From: Phycisphaerales bacterium
Lineage (GTDB): Bacteria; Planctomycetota; Phycisphaerae; Phycisphaerales; UBA1924
DNA: 64,000 bases
Direction: 5' to 3'
NCBI GenBank assembly: GCA_038214505.1
Contig: JBBQRT010000008.1
Coordinates: 805-64,804 of the forward strand
Shown: positions 18,649 to 26,587 of the stretch, in pieces
How the letters are laid out: each line of letters opens with the position of its first letter
How positions within the stretch are numbered: position 1 is the stretch's first letter
The notes under the pieces: generated by a model
The model's database searches: none
Seen by the model: only the letters and a program-made list of their open reading frames with translations
Told to the model about the DNA's origin: nothing
Program-made: the position numbers and the translations under genes

Positions 18649-19667
18649 ACCCACGCCGTGTCGCCACTGTGCTCGCCTGGGGCGTTTTCTTCAGCCCTCT
18701 TCCGCTCGCGTCCGCGGCCAATGCTCCGCCGCTGTCCGCCCGAGTCGAAGCTCTCGAAGGCCGTCTGGCCGCGCTCTCCCCCGATAAGCCCGCCGACTAT
18801 CTCGAGCTCGGCGAGCTGGTCATGCAAGAAGCCTCCACGCCCGACGACCGCCGGCTTGCCCGCGAGCTGCTCGTGCTGGCGCTCACGACCGCGACGCGGC
18901 CAGGGCCCGAGAACCCCCACCGACCATCCGATGTCGCCGCCGGTACGGACGCTCCCCGATCCGGCATCGCCTCGAGCGCGTGCCTCGCGCTCGCGACTCT
19001 GGCCGACGACGCTCCGACGGCCCGGTGGCTCGCCGCGGTCGGTGCGTCGCTCGCGCCCGATACCGGGCTCGACGCCTCGCCGCAGGACGCCGCCTCCGCC
19101 GCGGCTCGCGATCCCGCGGCCTTCGATCTCGCCACGCTGCTCGGCCTCGTGCGCACGGGCGACGGCCGCCGCGCCGAGCGCCTCCTCGCCCGGCCCGGCG
19201 TGTCCGACCTGCTCGAGCGCTTCGACAAGGTCCTCGTGCCCGGCATCGGTGGCGGCGCCCAGCGCGTCCGCCGGATGATCGAGTTGTACCCCGCCTGCCC
19301 GCAGTGCCGCAATCGCCGGAGCATCAAGGACGCGGGCGGCGTGCAGGTCTGCCCGACCTGCAAGGGCCTGCCCGGCCCGAATCTCCCCGGCGACGAGCTC
19401 GTCAACCATCTGCGGGCCGAGAGCGTGCTGCTCTCGGGCGTTCAGCGTTCCTGGGCGGCCCAGATCCTCGCCGACGAGGGCGCGCCGCTGCGCGACCTAG
19501 ATCCCGCCGAGGTCGCCGCCACCCTCCGCGTCGATCCGGCCAAAACCATCTGGCGGAACAACGCCTGGACCGACCCCACCCCGGCCAAGCCCGCCCCCGC
19601 CAAGCCCGGCCCCAGCAGGCCCGGCCCGGCCACGCCCCCGCTGCCCGAGCAATCCCGCGGCTCCTAG
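18645..19667 (+). CDS. Hypothetical secreted protein with CxxC-x14-CxxC zinc-ribbon motif
   Basis: Internal ATG 18645 of track ORF 18594..19667. ATGA overlap with the upstream stop. Signal peptide MNPRRVATVLAWGVFFSPLPLASAANA. CPQCRNRRSIKDAGGVQVCPTCKG. Pro-rich tail. Confidence 0.65.
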   Translation: MNPRRVATVLAWGVFFSPLPLASAANAPPLSARVEALEGRLAALSPDKPADYLELGELVMQEASTPDDRRLARELLVLALTTATRPGPENPHRPSDVAAGTDAPRSGIASSACLALATLADDAPTARWLAAVGASLAPDTGLDASPQDAASAAARDPAAFDLATLLGLVRTGDGRRAERLLARPGVSDLLERFDKVLVPGIGGGAQRVRRMIELYPACPQCRNRRSIKDAGGVQVCPTCKGLPGPNLPGDELVNHLRAESVLLSGVQRSWAAQILADEGAPLRDLDPAEVAATLRVDPAKTIWRNNAWTDPTPAKPAPAKPGPSRPGPATPPLPEQSRGS

Positions 19668-19724
19668 CCTCTTGGCCCAAGGTCTCCCTCAACCCATCCT
19701 TACGCCAAGGCCTCGCACGCACCC

Positions 19725-20111
19725 ATGACCGATCAGCCCACCATCGCCAAGCCCGAGATCGCCTTCGACGAGTTCGCCAAGGTCGACCTGCGCGTCGCCC
19801 GCGTGCTCGCCGCCGAGAACCACCCCTCCGCCGACCGCCTGCTCAAGCTCCAGCTCGACGACGGCTCGGGCACGCCGCGTCAGATCTGCGCCGGCATCCG
19901 CGAGCAGTACACCGCCGAGCAGATGGTCGGCAAGCTCATCATCGTCGTCGCCAACCTCGCCCCCCGCAAGATCCGCGGCGAGGAATCCCGCGGCATGCTC
20001 CTGGCCGCCAGCGACATGCCCAAGGACGCCGCGACCGCGAGCGACACGCCGCGAAAGGTCGTCGTGCTCCGTCCCGACGTCGATATCGCGCCCGGTTCGA
20101 TCGTGTCCTGA
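19725..20111 (+). CDS. tRNA-binding domain protein (CsaA/Trbp111/MetRS C-terminal-domain-like)
   Basis: FAKVDLRVARVLAAENHPSADRLLKLQLDDGSG.RQICAGIREQYTAEQMVGKLIIVVANLAPRKIRGEESRGMLLAA, the classic OB-fold tRNA-binding domain pattern. Confidence 0.85.
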   Translation: MTDQPTIAKPEIAFDEFAKVDLRVARVLAAENHPSADRLLKLQLDDGSGTPRQICAGIREQYTAEQMVGKLIIVVANLAPRKIRGEESRGMLLAASDMPKDAATASDTPRKVVVLRPDVDIAPGSIVS

Positions 20112-20118
20112 TGCCGAA

Positions 20119-21318
20119 CTATCGCCCCGCGGGCTGGTCGTCGTCCCCGCGCGGCGCAGGGGGCGGCCTCTGCCCGCCCGCGCCCGGCTTCCGGCCGCGC
20201 TCGCGCTGGAGTATCCGCGCCGCGGCCTCGTCGATAAGCCGGTCCTTCTTCTTGCCGCGCTCGGCCAGGTCGGCCTGCCCGTCGGCGATGCGTTCCTGCA
20301 TCTTCTTGAGCTCGTGGGCCACCGCCTCGCCGCGGGCCTCGATCTGCTTGGCGATCGCGCCCCGCAGCCGCGCCGTCGCGGCCGAGTGCTTGCCGTCCGA
20401 GGTATCTACGCCCTCGGCCTCGAGCTTGACGATCTCCCGCGCGGACTCGAGCGCCTCGCGGCCCTCACGCACGTCGATCATCCGCAGCTCATAGAGCCGC
20501 TGGTCGCGCTTACGAAGATCCAGCAGTTCACGGAACCGCGGCGCGACCTCGCGCAAACGCTTCTCGGCCGCCTCCGGGTCACGCTTCTCAAGCTCCGCGA
20601 ACGCCCTGGCCATGCCGGGCGACGTCGCGCCGACAAACTCACGGATCGCCTGCCGGTCCTCGTCGCTGAGCACGATCGGACCATCATCGCGGCCCGGCCG
20701 CTGGCCACGTCGACCCGGTCCGCCGGCTGGCGGGCCGTCGGCCTGCCCATCGTTCGGCATCGGCCCCCGCCCGTCTGGGCCACGCCCGTCTGGCCCGCGC
20801 GGCTCGGGGCCGCCGGGTCCACGCTCTCCGCCGTCGGGCCGGGCCGCGGGGTTCACTCCGGGCACCTCGCCAAGCAGATCCGCGTCGGCGCCGCCCATGG
20901 GCCCGGGGCCCGCTTCGCCCTCGCCCCCACCCCGCTCCATCCCCCCCCCGCGCGGCCCGCTCTCGCGACTCCGGCCGCGGAGCATTTCCATCAGCCGCGG
21001 CGACGTGCCCGCGCCCATCGCCTCCCGGATCTGCTCGATCGTCTTGCCCTCGTCCATCAGGCCGATCATCCGCTCGACATCCGCCTGGTCGCTCTTCATC
21101 TGTGCCAGTCGTTCGGCCATGGCCCGCCGCAGACGCTGCCGGGCCTCTTCGCGCCCCGGCCCGCCTTGCCGGCCCGGCGCGGCACCCGGCTCGGCCGACC
21201 CAGGTCCGGGCGGTGGTGGGGGCGGCGGCGCATCGCCCGGCTGGGCCCGGAGCGACGAACCGCCCGCGAGGCACACGAGCCCGATCAACCCCGAAGTCAA
21301 AACCGATCGACCGGTCAT
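20119..21318 (-). CDS. Hypothetical secreted Gly/Pro/Arg-rich protein, last gene of the ECF sigma operon
   Basis: Track ORF. Signal peptide MTGRSVLTSGLIGLVCLAGGSSLRAQ. Low-complexity core (GPDGRGPDGRGP) flanked by charged helical segments. ATGA overlap with the upstream anti-sigma candidate. Confidence 0.6.
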   Translation of the reverse strand: MTGRSVLTSGLIGLVCLAGGSSLRAQPGDAPPPPPPPGPGSAEPGAAPGRQGGPGREEARQRLRRAMAERLAQMKSDQADVERMIGLMDEGKTIEQIREAMGAGTSPRLMEMLRGRSRESGPRGGGMERGGGEGEAGPGPMGGADADLLGEVPGVNPAARPDGGERGPGGPEPRGPDGRGPDGRGPMPNDGQADGPPAGGPGRRGQRPGRDDGPIVLSDEDRQAIREFVGATSPGMARAFAELEKRDPEAAEKRLREVAPRFRELLDLRKRDQRLYELRMIDVREGREALESAREIVKLEAEGVDTSDGKHSAATARLRGAIAKQIEARGEAVAHELKKMQERIADGQADLAERGKKKDRLIDEAAARILQRERGRKPGAGGQRPPPAPRGDDDQPAGR

Positions 21319-21989
21319 AGCCCGTTCCTCTGCGCAGGAGCCGTGGTCAGTTCATCGAGCCACTCGGGCTTGAACTCGCCGATGGAGTCAGCCTCCGCCC
21401 CCGCAGGCACGTCCTGCATCGCCAGCAGCAGCGTGTCCATCTTCGTATCAAGCTGGGCCTCGATCGATGCGGTGCTCGCCACCTCGACCATGCCGCCCGT
21501 GTCCACGAGGTTGCCCGGCACGCCCGCCGTGTTCCCGCTCAGCATGACCGCCGCGCCAGCACCGAGCGCCAGCACCGCGGCGGCCGCAAGGCCAAACCGC
21601 CAGGACATGCCCCGCCTCGCCACCACGCGCCGAGAGCCCTCGTGCCCGACCAGCCGCAGCGTCGGCGCAAGAAGTGACTCCCGCGTCGCCGCCTCCACGC
21701 GGTCTTCGAGCCCGGGCCCGCCGGCCGCACGGTCCATGCCGCCAAGCTCCGCCGCCCGCGCCGAGGTCTCGACGACTCCGTGCAGCGACGCGAGACTCGC
21801 CGTCCAGCTGCGATCAACGAGCCCAGCGGGCATCGAGCCGCGCTCGGCCTCGCCAAGCGCGTCGAGCAGGCCAGAAATCGGTCCGGGCGCAACCCCGCGA
21901 TCGAACATCCCGCCGAGGGTGTCATCGGGCGAACCGGGCGAACCGGGCGTGGGGGGGTTGGGGGGAGTAGGGGGGGTCGGGCTGGTCAT
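21315..21989 (-). CDS. Putative anti-sigma factor (single-pass membrane protein)
   Basis: In-frame ATG 21987-21989 (MTSPTPPTPP...) of track ORF 21315..22580. ATGA overlap with the sigma gene stop. Central TM (FGLAAAAVLALGAGAAVML). Position immediately after an ECF sigma gene. No conserved motif recognised. Confidence 0.6.
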   Translation of the reverse strand: MTSPTPPTPPNPPTPGSPGSPDDTLGGMFDRGVAPGPISGLLDALGEAERGSMPAGLVDRSWTASLASLHGVVETSARAAELGGMDRAAGGPGLEDRVEAATRESLLAPTLRLVGHEGSRRVVARRGMSWRFGLAAAAVLALGAGAAVMLSGNTAGVPGNLVDTGGMVEVASTASIEAQLDTKMDTLLLAMQDVPAGAEADSIGEFKPEWLDELTTAPAQRNGL

Positions 21990-22717
21990 GTGTGCTCCTC
22001 GGTCATCTGTGCCGCCGGTTTGTCTCCGGTCATTCGGTCTTTCAGCTTCCTCAAGGCCCGATGGTGCCGGGCCAGCAATGTCCCCAGCGGTTCCTCGAGC
22101 AGGTCGGCCATCTGCTTGAACGAGAGCGACGCGTGGTGCCGAAGCTCTATTACTTCGCGGTCCGAATCGCTCAGCGAGGCCATCGCCTCGCGCAGCGCCT
22201 TGATCGATTCGTCCGGGCCCGATCCTGAACTGCCCGGGCCCGCCCTTTCCGGCTCTCTCCGGTCCCGCAGTCCGCCCATCGCTTCGGGGTCCATCACCTC
22301 CGCGTGCCGCTTCCGGCGCCGTGCCTCGTCGCGGATCCGGTTCATCGCGACCCGGAACAGCCACGACTCGAAACGGCCCTGCTCGGTGTATTGGCCGCTG
22401 GAGAGCTTGCCCGCCACGGTCACGAACACCGACTGCGTGATCTCCTCCGCGACGTCGCTCCCCCGACCCCAGCGGTCGGGCCCGAGCGTCGAAGCGTCGC
22501 GGCCGCCCGAAGCCCCGCCAAGGCGCGAACGCGCCAAGGCATACACCCGCCGGGCGTATCGGTCCACGATCGACCGCCATGCCGCCTCGTCGCCCTTGCC
22601 GGCCGCCGTCAGAAGCGACGTCAGCCCGGGGTCGGGCTCCGAAACCGCATCAAGGTGTCCATATTCCGCTTCGCCGTCCACGGCCACCTCATTGCCAACC
22701 GCCAAACGCCCCACCAT
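21986..22717 (-). CDS. ECF-type RNA polymerase sigma-70 family factor
   Basis: GDEAAWRSIVDRYARRVYALA...AEEITQSVFVTV...FESWLFRVAMNRIRDEARRR (region 2) and LSDSDREVIELRHHASLSFKQMADLLEEPLGTLLARHHRALRKLK (region 4). Start set at ATG 22715-22717. The track ORF extends to 22846. Confidence 0.88.
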   Translation of the reverse strand: MVGRLAVGNEVAVDGEAEYGHLDAVSEPDPGLTSLLTAAGKGDEAAWRSIVDRYARRVYALARSRLGGASGGRDASTLGPDRWGRGSDVAEEITQSVFVTVAGKLSSGQYTEQGRFESWLFRVAMNRIRDEARRRKRHAEVMDPEAMGGLRDRREPERAGPGSSGSGPDESIKALREAMASLSDSDREVIELRHHASLSFKQMADLLEEPLGTLLARHHRALRKLKDRMTGDKPAAQMTEEHT

Positions 22718-22854
22718 CTCCCGTATTGCTCCCGACAACGCTTGGCCCCGGCAAACTCGTCCAACCCACGATATGTTCTCGGGCCTGTGGTCAGGTTCGC
22801 CTCCGTTGTCCGTTGCCCCTCGACTTTCGCGATTCCTAGAGAGCACCCCCGCCG

Positions 22855-24414
22855 ATGGTTGTTCGCCTTCTACTCGTCATGATCAGCTCGCTCGCCGCCC
22901 TCCCGGCCTGCACCAATGTACCCAACTGGGGCAACCCGGCGGTCGTCACGGAATCGCCCCCCGAGCCGCAGCGCGAGTTCCGCGCCATGTGGGTCGCCAC
23001 CGTCGCCAACATCGACTGGCCCAGCAAGCCGGGGTTGAGCCCCGAGGCCCTCCGGCTCGAGATCCAGCGGCACATAGACACCGCCGCCGCGCTGAACCTC
23101 AACGCCATCATCCTGCAAGTCCGCCCCTCCTGCGACGCCATCTACCCCTCGACGCTCGAACCCTGGACCGAGTTTCTCACCGGCGTGCAAGGCCAGCCGC
23201 CCGCCGAGGGCTTCGACCCGCTGCAAGCCTGGATCGACGCCGCCCACGCCCGCGGCATCCAGCTCCACGCCTGGTTTAACCCCTTCCGCGCACGCCAAGG
23301 CAGCGCAAGGTCGCCCACAGCTTCCACCCACATCGCCTCGACACGCCCCGACCTCGTCCGGGCGTTCGACAACATGCAATGGCTCGACCCCGCCGAGCCC
23401 GAGTCGCAAGCGCACTCGCTCGCGGTGATCCTCGACGTCGTCACGCGCTACAACATCGACGGCGTCCACCTCGACGATTATTTCTACCCCTACCCCAAAA
23501 AGGACGTCCCCTTCCCCGACGACGCCGCCTGGACCCGCTACACCGCGTCCGGCGGCGGCCTCGCCCGCGACGACTGGCGGCGCGAACAGATCAACTCGTT
23601 CGTTCGGCGCATGTACGAAGAGACCAAGGCCGTCAAGCCCCACGTCCGCGTGGGCATCAGCCCCTTCGGCATCTGGCGTCCGGGCCACCCCGAGTCCGTC
23701 GCCGGGTTCGACGCCTACGCGGGGCTGTACGCCGATGCCCGGCTCTGGCTCCGGCAGGGCTGGGTCGATTATGTCGCACCCCAGCTCTACTGGAAGATCT
23801 CCGCTCCGAAGCAGCCCTACGCCGACCTGCTCGCCTGGTGGCTCGGAGAGAATCCGCAACGCCGCGATGTCTATGTCGGCAACTACGCCAGCCGCATTCG
23901 CGCCGAAGCCGCGCCCAAGCCCGAGGACGAACAGAAGTCCTGGCAGCCCTACGAGATCGTCAATCAGGTGTTACGCACACGCCAGATGCAAGCCGGCGGC
24001 AACATCCACTTCAGCGCCGTCGCGCTCGTGCAGAATCGCCGCGGCCTGGCCGATGCCCTGCGCGAGGGCGTCTACGCGTCCCCCGCCCTGGTTCCCCCGC
24101 TCTGGTGGAGCGCGACGGGCCCGCTCCCGCCGCGGTTGAAACCGATCGTGGAGCGTTCGGCCACCGAACTCCGGCTCGCGGCCACCCTCCCGCCCGATTC
24201 AACCCTGCTCGTCTGGACCCGTAGCTCGGCCGGCTGGCGTCTGTCCGCCCACGGCCGCCCCGGCAACAACGACGCCCCGATAATCCTCGACGCCGCCCGC
24301 ATCGATCGCGCCGACCGCCTCGTCGTCGCCGCCATGGACCGCTTCGCCCGCATCGGCCCGCGCACCGGCGTCGATCTGCCGCCCGCGGCGGTTTCTACGA
24401 TCTCTCGCCCATGA
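22855..24414 (+). CDS. Glycoside hydrolase-like family 10 (GHL10/YngK-like) protein, possible lipoprotein
   Basis: Signal peptide MVVRLLLVMISSLAALPAC. EFRAMWVATVANIDWPSKPGLS...LNLNAIILQVRPSCDAIYPS.LEPW...HAWFNPF...DGVHLDDYFYPY, typical of the GHL10 family. Confidence 0.8.
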   Translation: MVVRLLLVMISSLAALPACTNVPNWGNPAVVTESPPEPQREFRAMWVATVANIDWPSKPGLSPEALRLEIQRHIDTAAALNLNAIILQVRPSCDAIYPSTLEPWTEFLTGVQGQPPAEGFDPLQAWIDAAHARGIQLHAWFNPFRARQGSARSPTASTHIASTRPDLVRAFDNMQWLDPAEPESQAHSLAVILDVVTRYNIDGVHLDDYFYPYPKKDVPFPDDAAWTRYTASGGGLARDDWRREQINSFVRRMYEETKAVKPHVRVGISPFGIWRPGHPESVAGFDAYAGLYADARLWLRQGWVDYVAPQLYWKISAPKQPYADLLAWWLGENPQRRDVYVGNYASRIRAEAAPKPEDEQKSWQPYEIVNQVLRTRQMQAGGNIHFSAVALVQNRRGLADALREGVYASPALVPPLWWSATGPLPPRLKPIVERSATELRLAATLPPDSTLLVWTRSSAGWRLSAHGRPGNNDAPIILDAARIDRADRLVVAAMDRFARIGPRTGVDLPPAAVSTISRP

Positions 24415-24761
24415 CCACGCACACCCCCTCCAGCACGCACCCGTCGCCGCAGCGCATCTGCTATCAGGTCGTGGCGACCCTCCCCGACGAGCCCACCGCC
24501 CACGAATACATCGCCTGGCTGCAAGACGGCCACGTGGATCAGGTGCTCGCCGCCGGGGCTCACTCGGCGCTCATGGTTCGCCTGGACCCGGAACCGCCAG
24601 CCGCGCACCCCCGCGTAATGACCCAGTACATCTTCTCGACCCGCGACACCTTCGACCGCTACATCGCTCTACATGCCCCGGCGCTGCGAGCCGACGGCCT
24701 TAGCCGCTTCCCGCCCGCTCGCGGCATCACCTTCGCCCGTCACCAGGGCGTCGTGCTCTAG
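24411..24761 (+). CDS. DUF4286-like small protein
   Basis: ATGA overlap with the GHL10 stop. Pattern ICYQVVATL...HEYIAWLQDGHVDQVLAAG...QYIFSTRDTFDRYIALHAPALRADG resembles DUF4286 family members (recognised from memory). Confidence 0.6.
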   Translation: MTTHTPSSTHPSPQRICYQVVATLPDEPTAHEYIAWLQDGHVDQVLAAGAHSALMVRLDPEPPAAHPRVMTQYIFSTRDTFDRYIALHAPALRADGLSRFPPARGITFARHQGVVL

Positions 24762-24801
24762 CCCCGCAGTTCCGCTGACCCGAAATCCCCAAGACTTTCC
24801 C

Positions 24802-26280
24802 ATGAAACCCCGTGAACTACAGAACCTCGGCATCCCGCCGGGTGACTCCCTCCGCCTCGCGATCCAAGCCTGCGCCCGCGCCGCCGAGGCCGGCCTCTCC
24901 CGCGAGTCCCTCCGGGCCGCGATCCAAGGGGTCATCGCCGCACCGGTCGACTACCTGAACGACCCCGTGTTCGACCGCCTCGCCGCCGAGCTCTCCCGCG
25001 CCGATCGTCCCGTCCAGTTCGCAAAGCGCTCGGCTCCCGCCCCCTTCCGCAACTGGGGTCTGGACCTCGAGCCCGAGTCCATCAAACAGATGAACCGGGC
25101 CTGCCGGCTCCCCGTCGCCGTCGCCGGCGCACTCATGCCCGACGCCCACGTCGGCTACGGCCTGCCCATCGGCGGCGTGCTCGCCACCGAAAACGCCATC
25201 ATCCCCTACGCCGTCGGCGTCGATATCGCCTGCCGAATGCGGCTCTCCGTGCTGGACCTGCCCGCCTCCGAGTTGGAAACCGACCACGGCCGCCAACGCC
25301 TGACCACCTCGATCGAGCGAGAGACCTGCTTCGGCGTCGGCGGCAGCTTCAAGAAGCCACGCGAGCACGCCGTCATGGACGCCGACTGGCTCGTCTCGCC
25401 CGTGACGGCAGCCAACAAAGACCGCGCGAGAAACCAGCTCGGCACCTCCGGCTCCGGCAACCACTTCGTCGAGTTCGGCACCCTGACGATCACGCCCGAG
25501 CACGCCGCCGCCCGGGCCGGCGTGCCCGAACGCTCCGGCTCCGGCCCCGGCTCGGGCTGGTCGTTCGATCTCCCCGCGGGCATGTACCTGGCTCTGCTCT
25601 CCCACTCCGGCTCCCGCGGCACGGGCGCCGCGGTCTGCGATCGCTATTCCAAGCTCGCCATCAGCAAACACCCGGAACTGCCCAAAGACCTCTCCAACCT
25701 CGCCTGGCTCGACCTGGATTCCCAGGAAGGTCAGGAGTATTTCGCGGCCATGAACCTCATGGGCGAGTACGCCGCCGCCAACCACGAGCTCATCCACCGC
25801 TCCATCGCCCGAAACCTCGGGGTGGACGCCCTCGCCTACGTCGAGAACCACCACAACTTCGCCTGGAAGGAAAACCACGACCTCGGCGACGGCCGCGGAC
25901 CCCGGGAACTGATCGTCCACCGCAAGGGCGCCACCCCCGCCGGCCACAACGTCCTGGGCGTCATCCCCGGCTCGATGGCGGCCCCGGGCTTTGTCGTCAG
26001 GGGCCTCGGCTCCTCCGCCTCGCTCCGCAGCGCCAGCCACGGGGCCGGTCGGCTGATGTCCCGAACCAAGGCCCGCGAACGCTTCGCCTGGGGCAACGTC
26101 AAGCGAGAGCTCGAAGACCGAAACGTCCATCTGATCTCCGCGGGCATCGACGAGTCGCCCGGCGTCTACAAGGACATCCATCAGGTCATGGCCCAGCAGC
26201 ACGACCTCGTCGAGCCCGTCGCCCGTTTCGACCCAAGGCTCGTGAAAATGGCCCCCGAGGGCGAGCGGGCCGAGGACTGA
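24802..26280 (+). CDS. rtcB: RtcB family RNA 3'-phosphate ligase
   Basis: Internal ATG 24802 (MKPRELQNLGIP) of track ORF 24673..26280. ALMPDAHVGYGLPIGGVLA, GVDIACRM, SGSGNHFVEFG, SHSGSRGTG, ENHHNFAW, HRKGAT, IPGSM, SHGAGR: the complete set of RtcB metal and GMP-His motifs. Confidence 0.94.
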   Translation: MKPRELQNLGIPPGDSLRLAIQACARAAEAGLSRESLRAAIQGVIAAPVDYLNDPVFDRLAAELSRADRPVQFAKRSAPAPFRNWGLDLEPESIKQMNRACRLPVAVAGALMPDAHVGYGLPIGGVLATENAIIPYAVGVDIACRMRLSVLDLPASELETDHGRQRLTTSIERETCFGVGGSFKKPREHAVMDADWLVSPVTAANKDRARNQLGTSGSGNHFVEFGTLTITPEHAAARAGVPERSGSGPGSGWSFDLPAGMYLALLSHSGSRGTGAAVCDRYSKLAISKHPELPKDLSNLAWLDLDSQEGQEYFAAMNLMGEYAAANHELIHRSIARNLGVDALAYVENHHNFAWKENHDLGDGRGPRELIVHRKGATPAGHNVLGVIPGSMAAPGFVVRGLGSSASLRSASHGAGRLMSRTKARERFAWGNVKRELEDRNVHLISAGIDESPGVYKDIHQVMAQQHDLVEPVARFDPRLVKMAPEGERAED

Positions 26281-26414
26281 TCCCCGAAGAGTTCTCTGCG
26301 TTCGCACTCGGGCACGCGACAGACCGGTCCGCCTTACCCGCGCCCGCGACGCCCGTTTCCACATTCAACCCTGGCCGCGGCTTGGCTGTGCATGCCGGCC
26401 TACCTACCCTCGTC

Positions 26415-26550
26415 CCTCACCGTTGGGGAGTAGCCGCCCGCATGTCGCGGGTGCCGAAGGCCGTCAAAACGATCCTGCTCGCCCGAGCATCGATCCGGCC
26501 CCGGCAAAACGCCCGCGGGCGTGAGCGCAAGACCAGCACAGTTGTCTGTC
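26415..26550 (+). promoter_or_regulatory. Candidate yybP-ykoY (Mn2+) riboswitch in the leader of the first TerC gene
   Basis: Conserved elements GGGGAGUAG (26425-26433), GUCAAAAC (26463-26470) and GCAAGACC (26527-26534), followed by UUGUCUG. These have the spacing and order of yybP-ykoY leaders, which classically precede TerC/Alx genes. Downstream GC hairpin CCCCGC...GCGGGAG overlaps the likely SD before ATG 26588. Confidence 0.75.
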
Positions 26551-26587
26551 CCCGCGCCCGGGCGCCGGCCGGGGCGGGAGTCCGCTC

